Shown here one piece after another: positions 1 to 10,459 of a stretch of DNA of 64,000 bases. A model generated the notes under the pieces. It made no database searches, was not told the DNA's origin, and saw only the letters and a list, made by a program, of their open reading frames with translations. Origin of the DNA: Bacteroidales bacterium (GTDB taxonomy: Bacteria; Bacteroidota; Bacteroidia; Bacteroidales; VadinHA17); NCBI GenBank assembly GCA_034002885.1, contig JAVEZS010000007.1, positions 28,228 to 92,227 of the forward strand. Reading direction: 5' to 3'. Made by a program: the position numbers and the translations under genes. How positions within the stretch are numbered: position 1 is the stretch's first letter; every line of letters starts with the position of its first letter.

Positions 1-1136
1 GATCTGTAGTTGTATTGCCACAGATTATCGAGATCCGCGGCAGGGGTAATAAAATTTGTATCAAGTTCAACTGTTATCTCTCTGCCGCGGAGATCATAGG
101 TAACATAATCCTGCCGGCCTCCGTAAACAGGATACCAGTCATAGCCGTTGGTAACTCCGTTATCCATAAAGTCCATATATCCTTTCCTCGCATATTTATG
201 AGCCGTATCAGCCCATGCCCTTCCTGTCTGGTAGAACCACCACGAATCAGAATGCATGTATGGCCATCTGTCCCACGGATAGTTAATAACCTCTTCGCCT
301 GAGTGAAAATTTGCAGACAAGGAAAAACGGTTCTCCTGAAGAAAAATCATCATATCCTCTGTCTCCTTCTGCCTTACAACGTTCGTTTGAAGCGGGTCGG
401 GAAAATTCCTGTTAAGATCGTAACCTGCAGCGTTATGTCTGACGGGAGACTCAATTATGTTTCCGCTCCTGTATGTACCATCGGGGTTGGCAAGTGGATT
501 TATCCAGATCTCCATGTTGTCGACAAGATTCCTGACTCTGATGTCAGACGGATAGCTTTTAAGAAGATAGTCCGCCAGCTTGAGCATAAGAATAAATCCT
601 CCGGTTTCGTTTCCATGAATTGTTGATGAATAAAAAACAGTGGGTTCCGCTTCCTTTTCACCGCAATTGGCTGATATTTTAAGAGCAAGAATGAGCCTGC
701 CGTTAATGCTGGTGCCTATTGTGTCTAGAATACAAATACCGGGATATGCTGAGTGAAAGTGCCTCATTATCGAATCATACTGAGTATATGAAGGATATGT
801 TTCCCATTGCATTGCCTGCGACAAACCGGAAGCAGTAACAATTCCCTTGGGGCTTACCCTTTCGGCTACTGAATAATCATAATTGCGGGTAAGGAACCAG
901 TCGACTGAAAGAGGCGAGAGGATTATTTTAACCTTGCCATCTCTCACTGAATATACGGATACATTTCGTGTCAGCAGATCAAGTTCCGCATGCCCCGGGT
1001 AGGACATCTCAACCTCCGCCTGTCCAAGGGTCGATACTATCCGGCGCAGCCTGTCGTTTTCAGGATTCTTCTGTGATAATGAAATAAGTGACAGCGATAA
1101 CAAAAGTGCGGGCAATATTGCGAAGCGCTTTGTCAT
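1..1136 (-). CDS. M14 family zinc carboxypeptidase, secreted; 3' end truncated by window edge
   Basis: Absent from the ORF track. Manual translation of the N-terminal part from ATG at 1136 gives signal peptide MTKRFAILPALLLSLSLISLSQ, then GTSINGRLILALKIS, STIHGNE (HxxE zinc motif) and WINPLANPDG. I assume it runs off the left edge. Confidence 0.85.
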   Translation of the reverse strand, partial: MTKRFAILPALLLSLSLISLSQKNPENDRLRRIVSTLGQAEVEMSYPGHAELDLLTRNVSVYSVRDGKVKIILSPLSVDWFLTRNYDYSVAERVSPKGIVTASGLSQAMQWETYPSYTQYDSIMRHFHSAYPGICILDTIGTSINGRLILALKISANCGEKEAEPTVFYSSTIHGNETGGFILMLKLADYLLKSYPSDIRVRNLVDNMEIWINPLANPDGTYRSGNIIESPVRHNAAGYDLNRNFPDPLQTNVVRQKETEDMMIFLQENRFSLSANFHSGEEVINYPWDRWPYMHSDSWWFYQTGRAWADTAHKYARKGYMDFMDNGVTNGYDWYPVYGGRQDYVTYDLRGREITVELDTNFITPAADLDNLWQYNYR

Positions 1137-1143
1137 GGAGCTT

Positions 1144-2241
1144 TTAAACGTTAAACCTTATATGGAGGATATCGCCATCTTCCACCACATACGATTTACC
1201 TTCAATAAAGAAACGGCCTGCTTCCTTGCAGGCATGCTCCGATCCGAGTTTCATAAAATCGTGATATTTCATCACTTCGGCCCTTATAAATCCCCTTTCA
1301 AGGTCGCTGTGAATAACTCCTGCAGCCTGGGGTGCAGTCATTCCTTTCTTTATGGTCCAGGCCCTGATCTCTTTTGGCCCCACCGTAAAGAAAGTCTGAA
1401 GATTCAAAAGCCTGTAGGCTGCTCTTACCATCTTGTCGACACCCGGTTCATCAAGTCCTGCATCTTTCAGAAAAGCAAGGCGGTCGTCCATGCTTTCCAG
1501 TTCAGTTATCTCAGCCTCAACAGCACCAGCTATTACAATTACTTCTGCATCTCCTTCTGAAAGAGCTTCTTTTACTTTGTCGACATAGGTATTTCCCGCA
1601 GAAGCTGATTTTTCATCGACATTACAGACAAACATAACAGGTTTCATAGTCAGGAGATACAGGTCATCGACATATTTCCTGTCCTCCTCTTTAACCTCCA
1701 GAGTCCTTGCATTATTAAAATTACCTATATGATCCCTGTAACGTTTCAGGACCTCTATCCCGTGCCTGGCGTCCTTATCTCCCGCCCTAACAAGTTTGTC
1801 GAGTCGTTCCAGCTTCTTTTCGACCGACTCCATGTCTTTCACCTGGAGCTCAAAGTCAACGCTTTCCATATCCCTCACCGGATCGACCGATCCGTCGATA
1901 TGCGGCAGCGATTCATCATCGAAACACCGGAGTACGTGTATCAAAGCATCGGTATTCCTGATATCTCCCAGAAATTTGTTCCCAACGCCTTCACCCTTGT
2001 TCGATCCCCTTGCCAGTCCGGGTATATCAACAATTTCGACGGTTGTATGTACGATCTTCTCCGTTACCTGATGCTTCCTGAGTTCATAAAGCCTCGGATC
2101 GGGCACCTGAATTACACCTATATTCGATTTTGTTGCACTGAATGCAAAAGCATTCGTCTCTCCCTTTGTATTCGAAATACAGTTAAAAATTGTTGTTTTA
2201 CCTGTGTTTGTGATTCCTATTATTCCGCATTGTAGAGCCAT
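1144..2241 (-). CDS. ychF: Redox-regulated ATPase YchF
   Basis: MALQCGIIGITNTGKTT, DIPGL, FFTVGPKEIRAW, APQAAGVIHSD, FIRAEV. Start moved to ATG 2241 because a promoter box lies at 2268-2275. Confidence 0.95.
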   Translation of the reverse strand: MALQCGIIGITNTGKTTIFNCISNTKGETNAFAFSATKSNIGVIQVPDPRLYELRKHQVTEKIVHTTVEIVDIPGLARGSNKGEGVGNKFLGDIRNTDALIHVLRCFDDESLPHIDGSVDPVRDMESVDFELQVKDMESVEKKLERLDKLVRAGDKDARHGIEVLKRYRDHIGNFNNARTLEVKEEDRKYVDDLYLLTMKPVMFVCNVDEKSASAGNTYVDKVKEALSEGDAEVIVIAGAVEAEITELESMDDRLAFLKDAGLDEPGVDKMVRAAYRLLNLQTFFTVGPKEIRAWTIKKGMTAPQAAGVIHSDLERGFIRAEVMKYHDFMKLGSEHACKEAGRFFIEGKSYVVEDGDILHIRFNV

Positions 2242-2267
2242 CAGAGTTCCCGCTTTTGTTACCACTG

Positions 2268-2275
2268 CAAATTTA
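2268..2275 (-). promoter_or_regulatory. Bacteroidota -7 promoter element (TAAATTTG) for ychF
   Basis: Exact TAnnTTTG match 26 nt upstream of the ychF ATG. Confidence 0.6.
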
Positions 2276-2374
2276 TCAATAATCACGTGATCTCAACAAT
2301 GGAAACGGGGAAGAACGGGAAATCTGCTGATTTTTAAATTCAGGTACGGAATCTTTTACGCAGATTAAGAGTGT

Positions 2375-3733
2375 TTAAGGTTTCAGAAATTCAGGCAGCT
2401 CATCGGGAGAGATCCTCTTCTGATCTCCTGTTACCATGTTCTTCACGGTGAGCAGGTTGGTTCTTATTTCCTCGTCGCCTGCCATTACTATAAAGGGGAT
2501 TCCTTTCGAATCGGCATACGATATCTGCTTCTTCAGCTTAACTGCATCGGGATATATTTCGGAGCTTACGCCAGCCTCGGCAAGCCTGTCCCTTATCTTA
2601 ATTGCGTGCAGGGCTTCCTTTTCACCGAAATTAAGAATGAGGACCCTTGTCAGGGACTCATTTCTTCCATCAAAAAGGTTGAGCTGGGTAAGAACATCAT
2701 AAATACGATCGGCTCCGAACGATACACCAACACCCGACACTCCGTCAAGTCCGAAAACTCCGGTAAGATTATCATAACGACCTCCTCCGCAGATGCTTCC
2801 TATTGCAACATCCCTTGCCTTGACCTCAATTATGGCGCCTGTATAATAATTAAGTCCCCTTGCAAGGGTAAGATCAAGTTCTGTTTTATTCTCAAGCCCG
2901 GCATCCCGGAGATATGAGAAAAGGAGGCGCATTTCGTCAACTCCTTTAAGTCCGGTCACTGAACCTGAAAGGATGGTTTCAAGGTCGTTGAGTTTTCCGT
3001 CTGTTGTACCGCTCAGCTTTATTATAGGCTGCAGCTTCTCTATTGCAGCTGAGGCCACTCCCCTTTCGGCGAGCTCGCGGTTAACACCTTCAGGCCCGAT
3101 TTTGTCGAGCTTATCAACAGCCACCGTAATGTCCGTTATTCTTGCCGATTCATCAAGTATTTCGGCGATCCCTGATAAAATCTTCCGGTTGTTGATCTTA
3201 ATGACAACCCCTATCCTCAGCCTTTTGAAAACCTCATCGATTATCCTTACCAGCTCATACTCATTCAACAGTGAATTGCTGCCGATAACATCAACATCAC
3301 ACTGAAAAAACTCACGGTATCTTCCCTTTTGAGGCCTGTCGGCGCGCCAGACAGGCTGGATCTGATATCGCCTGAACGGAAAGACTATCTCATTGCGGTG
3401 CTGAACCACATATCTTGCGAATGGCACAGTGAGGTCGTATCTCAGACCCCGTTCGCAGATCATTGTTGCTATCTTTGACGATTCGCGACCAGCCAGGTCC
3501 TCATCAGCAACAGAGGAGAGAAAGTCTCCGGAATTAAGAATTCTGAAAAGCAGTTTGTCTCCCTCTTCCCCATATTTTCCGAGAAGCGTGGAAAGATTCT
3601 CCATAGCCGGTGTTTCAATAGGCTGATATCCATAAAGCCTGAAAACATTTCTGACAGTTTCAAAAATATAATCGCGCTTTATCATTTCCTCCGGCGAGAA
3701 ATCGCGGGTTCCTTTAGGTATTGAGGGCTTCAT
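2375..3733 (-). CDS. hisS: Histidine--tRNA ligase
   Basis: [54 protein letters not shown]. Confidence 0.97.
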   Translation of the reverse strand: MKPSIPKGTRDFSPEEMIKRDYIFETVRNVFRLYGYQPIETPAMENLSTLLGKYGEEGDKLLFRILNSGDFLSSVADEDLAGRESSKIATMICERGLRYDLTVPFARYVVQHRNEIVFPFRRYQIQPVWRADRPQKGRYREFFQCDVDVIGSNSLLNEYELVRIIDEVFKRLRIGVVIKINNRKILSGIAEILDESARITDITVAVDKLDKIGPEGVNRELAERGVASAAIEKLQPIIKLSGTTDGKLNDLETILSGSVTGLKGVDEMRLLFSYLRDAGLENKTELDLTLARGLNYYTGAIIEVKARDVAIGSICGGGRYDNLTGVFGLDGVSGVGVSFGADRIYDVLTQLNLFDGRNESLTRVLILNFGEKEALHAIKIRDRLAEAGVSSEIYPDAVKLKKQISYADSKGIPFIVMAGDEEIRTNLLTVKNMVTGDQKRISPDELPEFLKP

Positions 3734-3771
3734 TATGTATTATCTGAGAAACGGATTCAAAACTAAAAAGA

Positions 3772-3779
3772 CAAAAGTA
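3772..3779 (-). promoter_or_regulatory. -7 promoter element (TACTTTTG) for hisS
   Basis: TAnnTTTG match 38 nt upstream of the hisS start. Confidence 0.55.
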
Positions 3780-3941
3780 AGAAGATAAAAGGAGAAAACA
3801 AGAGATGATGAAGAAGCCCTTTACTAAGCGGGATCGGCAAAATCATGTAAAAAAATTTTCACCAGCTCATTCCGTGCTGAGCCAGAAATGTAAAACATGT
3901 TCCTTTTCTCCCTGATCAGTTATGAATGTTATTTAAAACCC

Positions 3942-4805
3942 TCAGTATTTCTCGGGAACGAATGTCTGGTCGGTAATGGGAGGTCGGACATAAGCCAGGT
4001 CTCTCTTTAAAGGAGGCAGCTTGAAAGGTTTCCTTGTAAGGTCATTGTAGGGAATCAGCGAAAGAAGGTGATCAATGCAGTTAAGTCTTGCCCTTCTCTT
4101 GTCGTCGGCTGGCACAACATACCATGGTGACTGCTTTGTATCGGTATATGAAAACATCTTATCCTTAGCCATTGAATATTCGACCCACTTGTCGCGCGAT
4201 TCTATGTCCATCTGGCTGATCTTCCATCTTTTTGTCGGATCGTTGATCCTCTCCTGGAACCGGTTTTCCTGCTCGCCGTCGCTTATTGAGAACCAGTATT
4301 TAATAAGAATTATACCTGAACGGATCAGCATTCTTTCGAACTCGGGGCATGATCTAAGGAACTCTTCATACTCCTCACTTGTACAATAACCCATAACCTT
4401 CTCAACGCCTGCCCTGTTATACCAGCTTCTGTCGAAAAGAACTATCTCACCACCTGAGGGCAGTTCTGAAACATAACGCTGAAAATACCATTGCGATTTT
4501 TCCTTTTCCGTAGGTATACCGAGAGCAACTATCCGGCATATCCTGGGATTAAGACAACCTGCAATTGTTTTTATTACACCGCCTTTCCCGGCTGCATCGC
4601 GCCCCTCGAAGATGACAACAACCCTAAGCTTATTTGCCTTCACCCACTCCTGGAGTTTAACAAGCTCTATTTCAAGCTTACGGAGCTTCTTTTCATACTC
4701 CTTGCTCTCCATCTTCTTATGCTTGTCGATCTTAACGTCGTGATAGAGATCTTTCTTTTCAAAAACCTCAATCCGTGCAGGTTTTTCCTCTTGATGCTTT
4801 TTCAT
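3942..4805 (-). CDS. ppk2: Polyphosphate kinase 2
   Basis: FEGRDAAGKGG Walker A, QWYFQRY, FDRSWYNRAGVE, KRRARLN. Confidence 0.95.
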   Translation of the reverse strand: MKKHQEEKPARIEVFEKKDLYHDVKIDKHKKMESKEYEKKLRKLEIELVKLQEWVKANKLRVVVIFEGRDAAGKGGVIKTIAGCLNPRICRIVALGIPTEKEKSQWYFQRYVSELPSGGEIVLFDRSWYNRAGVEKVMGYCTSEEYEEFLRSCPEFERMLIRSGIILIKYWFSISDGEQENRFQERINDPTKRWKISQMDIESRDKWVEYSMAKDKMFSYTDTKQSPWYVVPADDKRRARLNCIDHLLSLIPYNDLTRKPFKLPPLKRDLAYVRPPITDQTFVPEKY

Positions 4806-4877
4806 GGGAAGATGTTATAAATCAGATCAGAAATATACAAATTTCCGGTCTCATCATAAAATTTCCCGTCTAATATG

Positions 4878-5234
4878 TTACTGGATGAAAGGGATTGAAA
4901 TCGGGTAATGGTAATCCTCTCCCTTAGATGCCTTGACGCTGGCTATAATAATGCATATTACCTTCAGTATCCATAGAAATCCTATTATCGGGAACCCAAT
5001 TATAATAAAGCATAGAGGAATTGCCAGAATGGTGTACAACAGTATTGAGATCTGAAAGTTAAGAGACCTCTTCCCGTTAATGTCAATCCAGGTTGAATCA
5101 TCCTTCCTGGTTAACCAGCAAATCAGTGGACCAATTATTCCTCCGAAAGGGAAGACAAAGCCTGCAAAAGCGGAAAGATGACAAAACATCGCCCAGTTTC
5201 TTTCGGTTTCTGATAATTCTCTGATCTCGTTCAT
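4878..5234 (-). CDS. DUF4870-type small membrane protein
   Basis: ERNWAMFCHLS...IIGPLICWL...GKRSLNFQIS...YHYP pattern; three hydrophobic segments. Confidence 0.8.
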   Translation of the reverse strand: MNEIRELSETERNWAMFCHLSAFAGFVFPFGGIIGPLICWLTRKDDSTWIDINGKRSLNFQISILLYTILAIPLCFIIIGFPIIGFLWILKVICIIIASVKASKGEDYHYPISIPFIQ

Positions 5235-5280
5235 CGCTTTCTTTTTTTATAAAGACGTCAGCCTTCCCTTTTTGCTGCAT

Positions 5281-6126
5281 TTAAAACCTTTCCAGACGCT
5301 TAAGATCTGCAGGGAGCAGACCGCCCGGGTTAAGTCTGTCAATGTTATGTTCATTATAATAATACATCTCCTGATCGTCGGTTCCAAAAAGCATTTTAAA
5401 GCATATTCCTCCGCCGGAACTACCTTCCGGGCTCACTTTATGAAGAATGAGCGTATTGGGCCTCTTTTCCCTGATGGCTTTGACAATCTCCTCTTCTCCA
5501 ACTATTTCAATAGTGTACTTGTATGATGTCCTCAGCCTGGACTGATCATCAATGGAGGGTGCCAGATCTTCCTGTCTTACAAGTATCTTCCGCGATTTTA
5601 CCTCAGGAGTGTTCCTGTTGTAATATCGCAGGTACCTCCGGCCGGTTAGCGCAGGATCTTCGGATATCTTTTTTGCATGATTCTGCATGAACAAAAGCAC
5701 CGGCCCCATCATGTTTCCATACTCCATGTCGTCGGCTTCGGCTACCGAAAGAGGAACAGCGCATATCTCAGGCATCCCGCCAAGTTCAGCAACATCCTTC
5801 CCCTGAAGAAGGTTTATGTAATTGTAACGCGTCCCTGACTTATCCTTTTCAAAGCTTGTTTCAGTCAGTATTATAAAAGAATAAGCAGCATCAGCTCTTC
5901 GTGCCTCAAATTCTGACTGGTCTATTATCTCAAAGGGAGTAATAGTCCAGTACTCCTTTATTCCCCGTGAAATATAGGTGTTATATACAGGATTGCCGTT
6001 CGCGAGAACAACACATGTTTTTGATAAAATAAACTGCTTTATTTCATCCCCGGAAGGAAAAGGTGCCTGTCCCGAAATCACAAACGGGAGAACTGACAAA
6101 ACCAGCGGGATAAGTGTCTTTTTCAT
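5281..6126 (-). CDS. Secreted hypothetical protein
   Basis: 281-aa ORF with a signal peptide ending ISG-Q; overlaps the upstream gene by 4 nt, suggesting an operon. Confidence 0.75.
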   Translation of the reverse strand: MKKTLIPLVLSVLPFVISGQAPFPSGDEIKQFILSKTCVVLANGNPVYNTYISRGIKEYWTITPFEIIDQSEFEARRADAAYSFIILTETSFEKDKSGTRYNYINLLQGKDVAELGGMPEICAVPLSVAEADDMEYGNMMGPVLLFMQNHAKKISEDPALTGRRYLRYYNRNTPEVKSRKILVRQEDLAPSIDDQSRLRTSYKYTIEIVGEEEIVKAIREKRPNTLILHKVSPEGSSGGGICFKMLFGTDDQEMYYYNEHNIDRLNPGGLLPADLKRLERF

Positions 6127-6899
6127 TGTAACGCCTGGTTTACAGGCACGTATAATGGATTCTTTTCGTTGAATTTCCTTATATATACAAACATAAGCTC
6201 TCTCTTCTTTTTATTCGGCAGACGCATAAACTCCTCATAAAGCTCAGGGTCTTTCATCAGAAGGAGTTCTGTATTCTCGATGTCATACTCGAGAATCTTC
6301 CCTTCTTCAAAATCGATAAGATACTGCCTGACCTCGCTGCGTCCCACATTCTGCCTGTAAGGAGAATAGTAGGATCCGTAGGGTGAATAATAGTTCCCGT
6401 AATAAGGCGAATAGTAAGGTGAATAATAAGGGGAGTAGTATGGTGAATAGTAGGGATCATAATAACCATAAGGATAGTTGTATCTGTTGTCGTAGGATGT
6501 CACATCCGCAACGAAATGGCAGATACTTCCAACGAATGTTATCCTGCTGAATCTTCCCTGAAGCTGAATATAAAGTATTCCATTCCTGGAATACCCCCAG
6601 ATATCGCTCCTGTCAACTTCCTGCCTTATGCCCATTCCGTCGTAAAAATATATTTTCTCTCCGCCCATTAGATTCTTGAAGAAGTCCTTGTCATTATAGT
6701 CGGTTGATGTGAGAATTTTAGCCTTTGGAATCGGCCGGTTCGTTTTTACCTGCTCAAAATCGAGGTAAATACCATCAATGAATCTGAAATCAGGAGTGTA
6801 CTTCACCATTCCTTCTTCCTCCTGCGCAGAAACCAGGCTCAACATCCCACCGGAACTGAATACTGCTATAACAAGTAATATCCTGAATATTGTTTTCAT
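6123..6899 (-). CDS. Secreted hypothetical protein with a Tyr/Ser/Pro (YYSP) repeat segment
   Basis: Likely start MKTIFR at 6899; signal peptide ends VSA-Q; TAAATTTG at 6947-6954; internal YYDPYYSPYYSPYYSPYYSPYY. Confidence 0.75.
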   Translation of the reverse strand: MKTIFRILLVIAVFSSGGMLSLVSAQEEEGMVKYTPDFRFIDGIYLDFEQVKTNRPIPKAKILTSTDYNDKDFFKNLMGGEKIYFYDGMGIRQEVDRSDIWGYSRNGILYIQLQGRFSRITFVGSICHFVADVTSYDNRYNYPYGYYDPYYSPYYSPYYSPYYSPYYGNYYSPYGSYYSPYRQNVGRSEVRQYLIDFEEGKILEYDIENTELLLMKDPELYEEFMRLPNKKKRELMFVYIRKFNEKNPLYVPVNQALQ

Positions 6900-7074
6900 A
6901 ACACTGTTTCCTTTGCTTTTCCGGTTCAAAAATTGTACCACAGGAACAAATTTAACCTTTTACTTTAAAGGTTGAAAATTTCGGGTACTGTATATTTATC
7001 ATCTATTTTAGTTAAATTTACAATTGATCATCCTTTTTTCTCTTTTAAACATTGAACCACACCCCATTGTTCAC

Positions 7075-8397
7075 ATGAATCATATTAACAAAACCTCCGG
7101 GGAAGAGATCTCTGACAGAAGGAAGAAGATAGAAACCATTACAATAGCAGCCCTGGTGTGCCTTATCTTCGCAGTTGTTTTCATATCATTCAATGTCAGG
7201 CTTTTAGCCGGAATTCTTATAATAACAGGAGCCTCCCTTTTCATACTGGTGACCCGCAAGACCAATGAGCTTATCCGCAATATCGGCGAATCATACAGGG
7301 ATGCTGTTGCAACGGCAGGAGATAAAGAAGAAGTGATTGCAGCATTCTCTCACAAGATAAGGGAACCCCTGAACAATCTTGTTATTATTTCCGATCTTCT
7401 CATGGAGTCAGGTTTGCAGAAGAAGCAAAAGGATTTGCTGGAAACTTTTGTAGCCTCAACAGGGAATATGGTTAGCACTGTTAATGAATTAACAATAGCT
7501 TCGGCAGGAACCATAAGTTTTACCGGAAGAAAGAAGGTCAGATACAACATACTCTCCACAATTCAGAACACTATAGAGCTTTTTAATCTCCACAAGAAGT
7601 CAGATCTCGACATTGTTTTTAATAAAAGGGACTACTCCGAATTTGAAGCTTTTGGCGATCCGGTAATCCTGAAGCAGATTTTCCTCGACATCTTCAGTTC
7701 AATTGAATCGGCAGGACCGGATCATACTGTAAGGGTTTCGGTAAGCGTGCGCAAGGAGAGTGAGGGAGAAACCGAAAAACTGGTCAGTCTTAGGATCCAG
7801 ACTGATCAGAACAAGGCATTGATTGACGAATCAGGGACAGCAGGCCATCTTGCCTCAAGGCTCATTGCTTTGCACAGAGGTGATTACCGCCAGGAATCAG
7901 GAGAAAATATGATGGTCATAGTAATAACAATGCCATTTCAGAATCCCCCTGCCGACACCGCAATAAAAATGAAGGAGGAGAGTGCCGGAAGCTCACTAAA
8001 AGGCAGCTCTGGAGAACATAAGGATCTCAAGGACTGTATAATATTATTTGTTGAAGACAATATCATCCATCAGAAAGTAACACTGCTTACGCTTAAGCCA
8101 CTGGTAAAGAGGATTGATGTTGCATCGAACGGGATAGAAGCGATTGAAAAGATAATGACTGCCGACTATGATATGGTCCTTATGGATATCCGGATGCCTG
8201 AGATGGACGGGATTATCACTGCTGAAAAGATTCGCAAACTGCAGGAACCGAAGGGAGTCAGGATTCCTATCATAGCGATAACCGCTGATGCAATGATTGA
8301 TGACAGGGAAAAGTGTCTGTCAGCCGGCATTGATGAATATATCAGCAAGCCCTATCAGCCTGCCTTTCTGATTGAAAAGATGAAGAGCCTTCTGTGA
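7075..8397 (+). CDS. Membrane-bound hybrid sensor kinase/response regulator-like protein with degenerate kinase core
   Basis: Two TM helices, HisKA-like SHKIREPLN, eroded HATPase boxes, intact receiver (VEDN, MDIRMPEMDG, ITA, SKP). ATG 7075 preferred over TTG 7024. Confidence 0.8.
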   Translation: MNHINKTSGEEISDRRKKIETITIAALVCLIFAVVFISFNVRLLAGILIITGASLFILVTRKTNELIRNIGESYRDAVATAGDKEEVIAAFSHKIREPLNNLVIISDLLMESGLQKKQKDLLETFVASTGNMVSTVNELTIASAGTISFTGRKKVRYNILSTIQNTIELFNLHKKSDLDIVFNKRDYSEFEAFGDPVILKQIFLDIFSSIESAGPDHTVRVSVSVRKESEGETEKLVSLRIQTDQNKALIDESGTAGHLASRLIALHRGDYRQESGENMMVIVITMPFQNPPADTAIKMKEESAGSSLKGSSGEHKDLKDCIILFVEDNIIHQKVTLLTLKPLVKRIDVASNGIEAIEKIMTADYDMVLMDIRMPEMDGIITAEKIRKLQEPKGVRIPIIAITADAMIDDREKCLSAGIDEYISKPYQPAFLIEKMKSLL

Positions 8398-8410
8398 GCT
8401 GTTTAATTAC

Positions 8411-10309
8411 TCAGGGTTGATCGTCGATATAATCAGAGCCATTCCTTAGAAGTTTAATGGCTTTAAGCGACGGGGAAGGAATAAAATCTCCCAGTCCCAG
8501 AGAATTCCATTTTCTGTCGATACTTTCAATAGCCGGGGTGGCTGAACACACAACATTTGGCCATCTGCGCGAAAATCCACCCTCCCTGTAATACTTTATC
8601 GTCGCATCAATCACCAGCAGGTTACTGACAGGCGTCTTATGATCGCGGACAGGATCGGAATTTCCCAGTGCCTGCCAGGCTACCGTGAAGAGGTCATCAA
8701 CCGGAACAGTATGGTCCATAATCAGGGCCAGGGTAAACTGCTTATGCACAAAACCCCCGAGATATTCCGTTACAGATTCAACGTTGCCGGGGTCTTCGGA
8801 AGGATTTACTCCCAGTATGATAAGCGGGATACCTTCTTCAAACAGGTCAGTGTTCATCATTCTGATGCAGGCTGGAATGTGATCCTCTAATCCGGCTGGC
8901 TTCTTCACCTGATCATCCGGTAATAATCCAGCATTTCCGGAGCAAGCCTCCTCAGGTAATTTTAAAGTAGCGTCGATGGCTGCCTTGCCCCCGTAGGAAA
9001 AAGTGTCGGACGCATGGTCAAGGACATCAAGAGGGCCATACTGGAAAATAATATCCCTTTCAGGTGAAGTATTACGCATGATGGTTCTTGCAAGAGCCTT
9101 ATAGTCTCTGATATCTGTATCGCTGCTTACCACTGCAAGGTATTTTGTGAACATCATCTGACCGGCGCCCAACAGTGAGTTGACAACTTTTTTGCCCTGG
9201 CCGGGGTATTTCTTATCAATCTTTACAATTGTCAGATTATGTGCTACTCCAGCTTCAGGGAGGTGGAAATCGGTCACCTCGGGTTGAATTGCCAGACGCA
9301 CAGGCGTCAGAAAAAGCTTTTCCGTTGCTTTAGCGAGCCACGCATCTTCCATCGGAGGTATGCCTACCACTGTTGCCGGATAAACAGCTTTTTCGGAATG
9401 TGTTATACAGGTTACATTGAAAACCGGATAGAGATCAGCCAGTGAATAGAATCCCGTATGGTCGCCGAAGGGACCTTCCATAAAGAAGGGCTCCGAAGGG
9501 TCAACATATCCTTCGATGACAATATCTGCATCTCCGGGCACATAGAGGTCGTTTGTCAGGCATTTCACAAGACCTACTTTCCTTTTTCTGAGGAAACCTG
9601 CAAGGATATACTCGCTGATGTTTTCAGGGAGGGGTGCTGTAGCACAGTAAGTATATACAGGATCACCTCCGAGGGTAACACTCACAGGCATTCTCCTTCC
9701 AGTTTTCTTCCATGCCTCAAAGTGTGCAGCTCCGGTTTTGTGTCTTTGCCAGTGCATTCCCGTTCTCTTTTTGTCAATTATCTGCATCCTGTACATTCCT
9801 GTATTGGTGCTTCCTGTTTCAGGGTGACGGGTATGGACCATTGGAAGGGTAATAAATCTTCCTCCGTCGTGCGGCCAGCATTTTAGTATTGGGAAAACCG
9901 AGAGATCGGGTTCAGCAGCGACTACTTTCTGGCAATCTCCCCTTGATTGTGAGCGTGACGGAAAAAAATTTCCCATTTTTATGAAGAGGGGGAGCGATTT
10001 TAGTTTTCCGCTCAGGTTCCCTGTCGGTTTTGCAACAAGGTCAAAAAGTCGTTCTATCTCGGCCGCTGCAGAGGTGATATCATCCCTGCCAAGGGCCAGT
10101 GCCATTCTTTTATCAGAGCCGAAGGCATTTATCAGCAGGGGGAAATCAGTTCCCGTATTTTCAAAAAGAAGTGCTTTCCCATTGTTTTTGGTTATTCTGT
10201 CGGTAAGCTCGGTTATCTCCAGTATGGGGTCGACAAAGGTCTTTATCCTCTGAAGTTCACCGGCTTTTTCAAGTGTTCTTACAAAATCCTTTAGTCCTGA
10301 ATAGGGCAT
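8411..10309 (-). CDS. UbiD-family (prFMN) decarboxylase, menaquinone-biosynthesis type
   Basis: CWPHDGGRFIT, NTGMYRMQ, EGPFGDHTGFY, TVVGIPPMED, GPLDVLDHA. Start at MPYSGLKDF (10309). Confidence 0.9.
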   Translation of the reverse strand: MPYSGLKDFVRTLEKAGELQRIKTFVDPILEITELTDRITKNNGKALLFENTGTDFPLLINAFGSDKRMALALGRDDITSAAAEIERLFDLVAKPTGNLSGKLKSLPLFIKMGNFFPSRSQSRGDCQKVVAAEPDLSVFPILKCWPHDGGRFITLPMVHTRHPETGSTNTGMYRMQIIDKKRTGMHWQRHKTGAAHFEAWKKTGRRMPVSVTLGGDPVYTYCATAPLPENISEYILAGFLRKRKVGLVKCLTNDLYVPGDADIVIEGYVDPSEPFFMEGPFGDHTGFYSLADLYPVFNVTCITHSEKAVYPATVVGIPPMEDAWLAKATEKLFLTPVRLAIQPEVTDFHLPEAGVAHNLTIVKIDKKYPGQGKKVVNSLLGAGQMMFTKYLAVVSSDTDIRDYKALARTIMRNTSPERDIIFQYGPLDVLDHASDTFSYGGKAAIDATLKLPEEACSGNAGLLPDDQVKKPAGLEDHIPACIRMMNTDLFEEGIPLIILGVNPSEDPGNVESVTEYLGGFVHKQFTLALIMDHTVPVDDLFTVAWQALGNSDPVRDHKTPVSNLLVIDATIKYYREGGFSRRWPNVVCSATPAIESIDRKWNSLGLGDFIPSPSLKAIKLLRNGSDYIDDQP

Positions 10310-10414
10310 TTTATTCTTATTATACTGGTAAAGATATTTAAAACGGAACAGACAAAGCGAATATGGGTAACGATAAATAGGATTGCAATTCAGGGATTTC
10401 ATTGACAGGGGGGT

Positions 10415-10459
10415 ATAAAACAATAATGGGAACTATTCCTTGTCGGATTAGTTCCCATT
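10415..10459 (-). terminator. Intrinsic terminator of the candidate ncRNA
   Basis: 11-bp stem AATGGGAACTA/TAGTTCCCATT (10425-10459) followed on the minus strand by AUUGUUUUAU. Confidence 0.7.
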
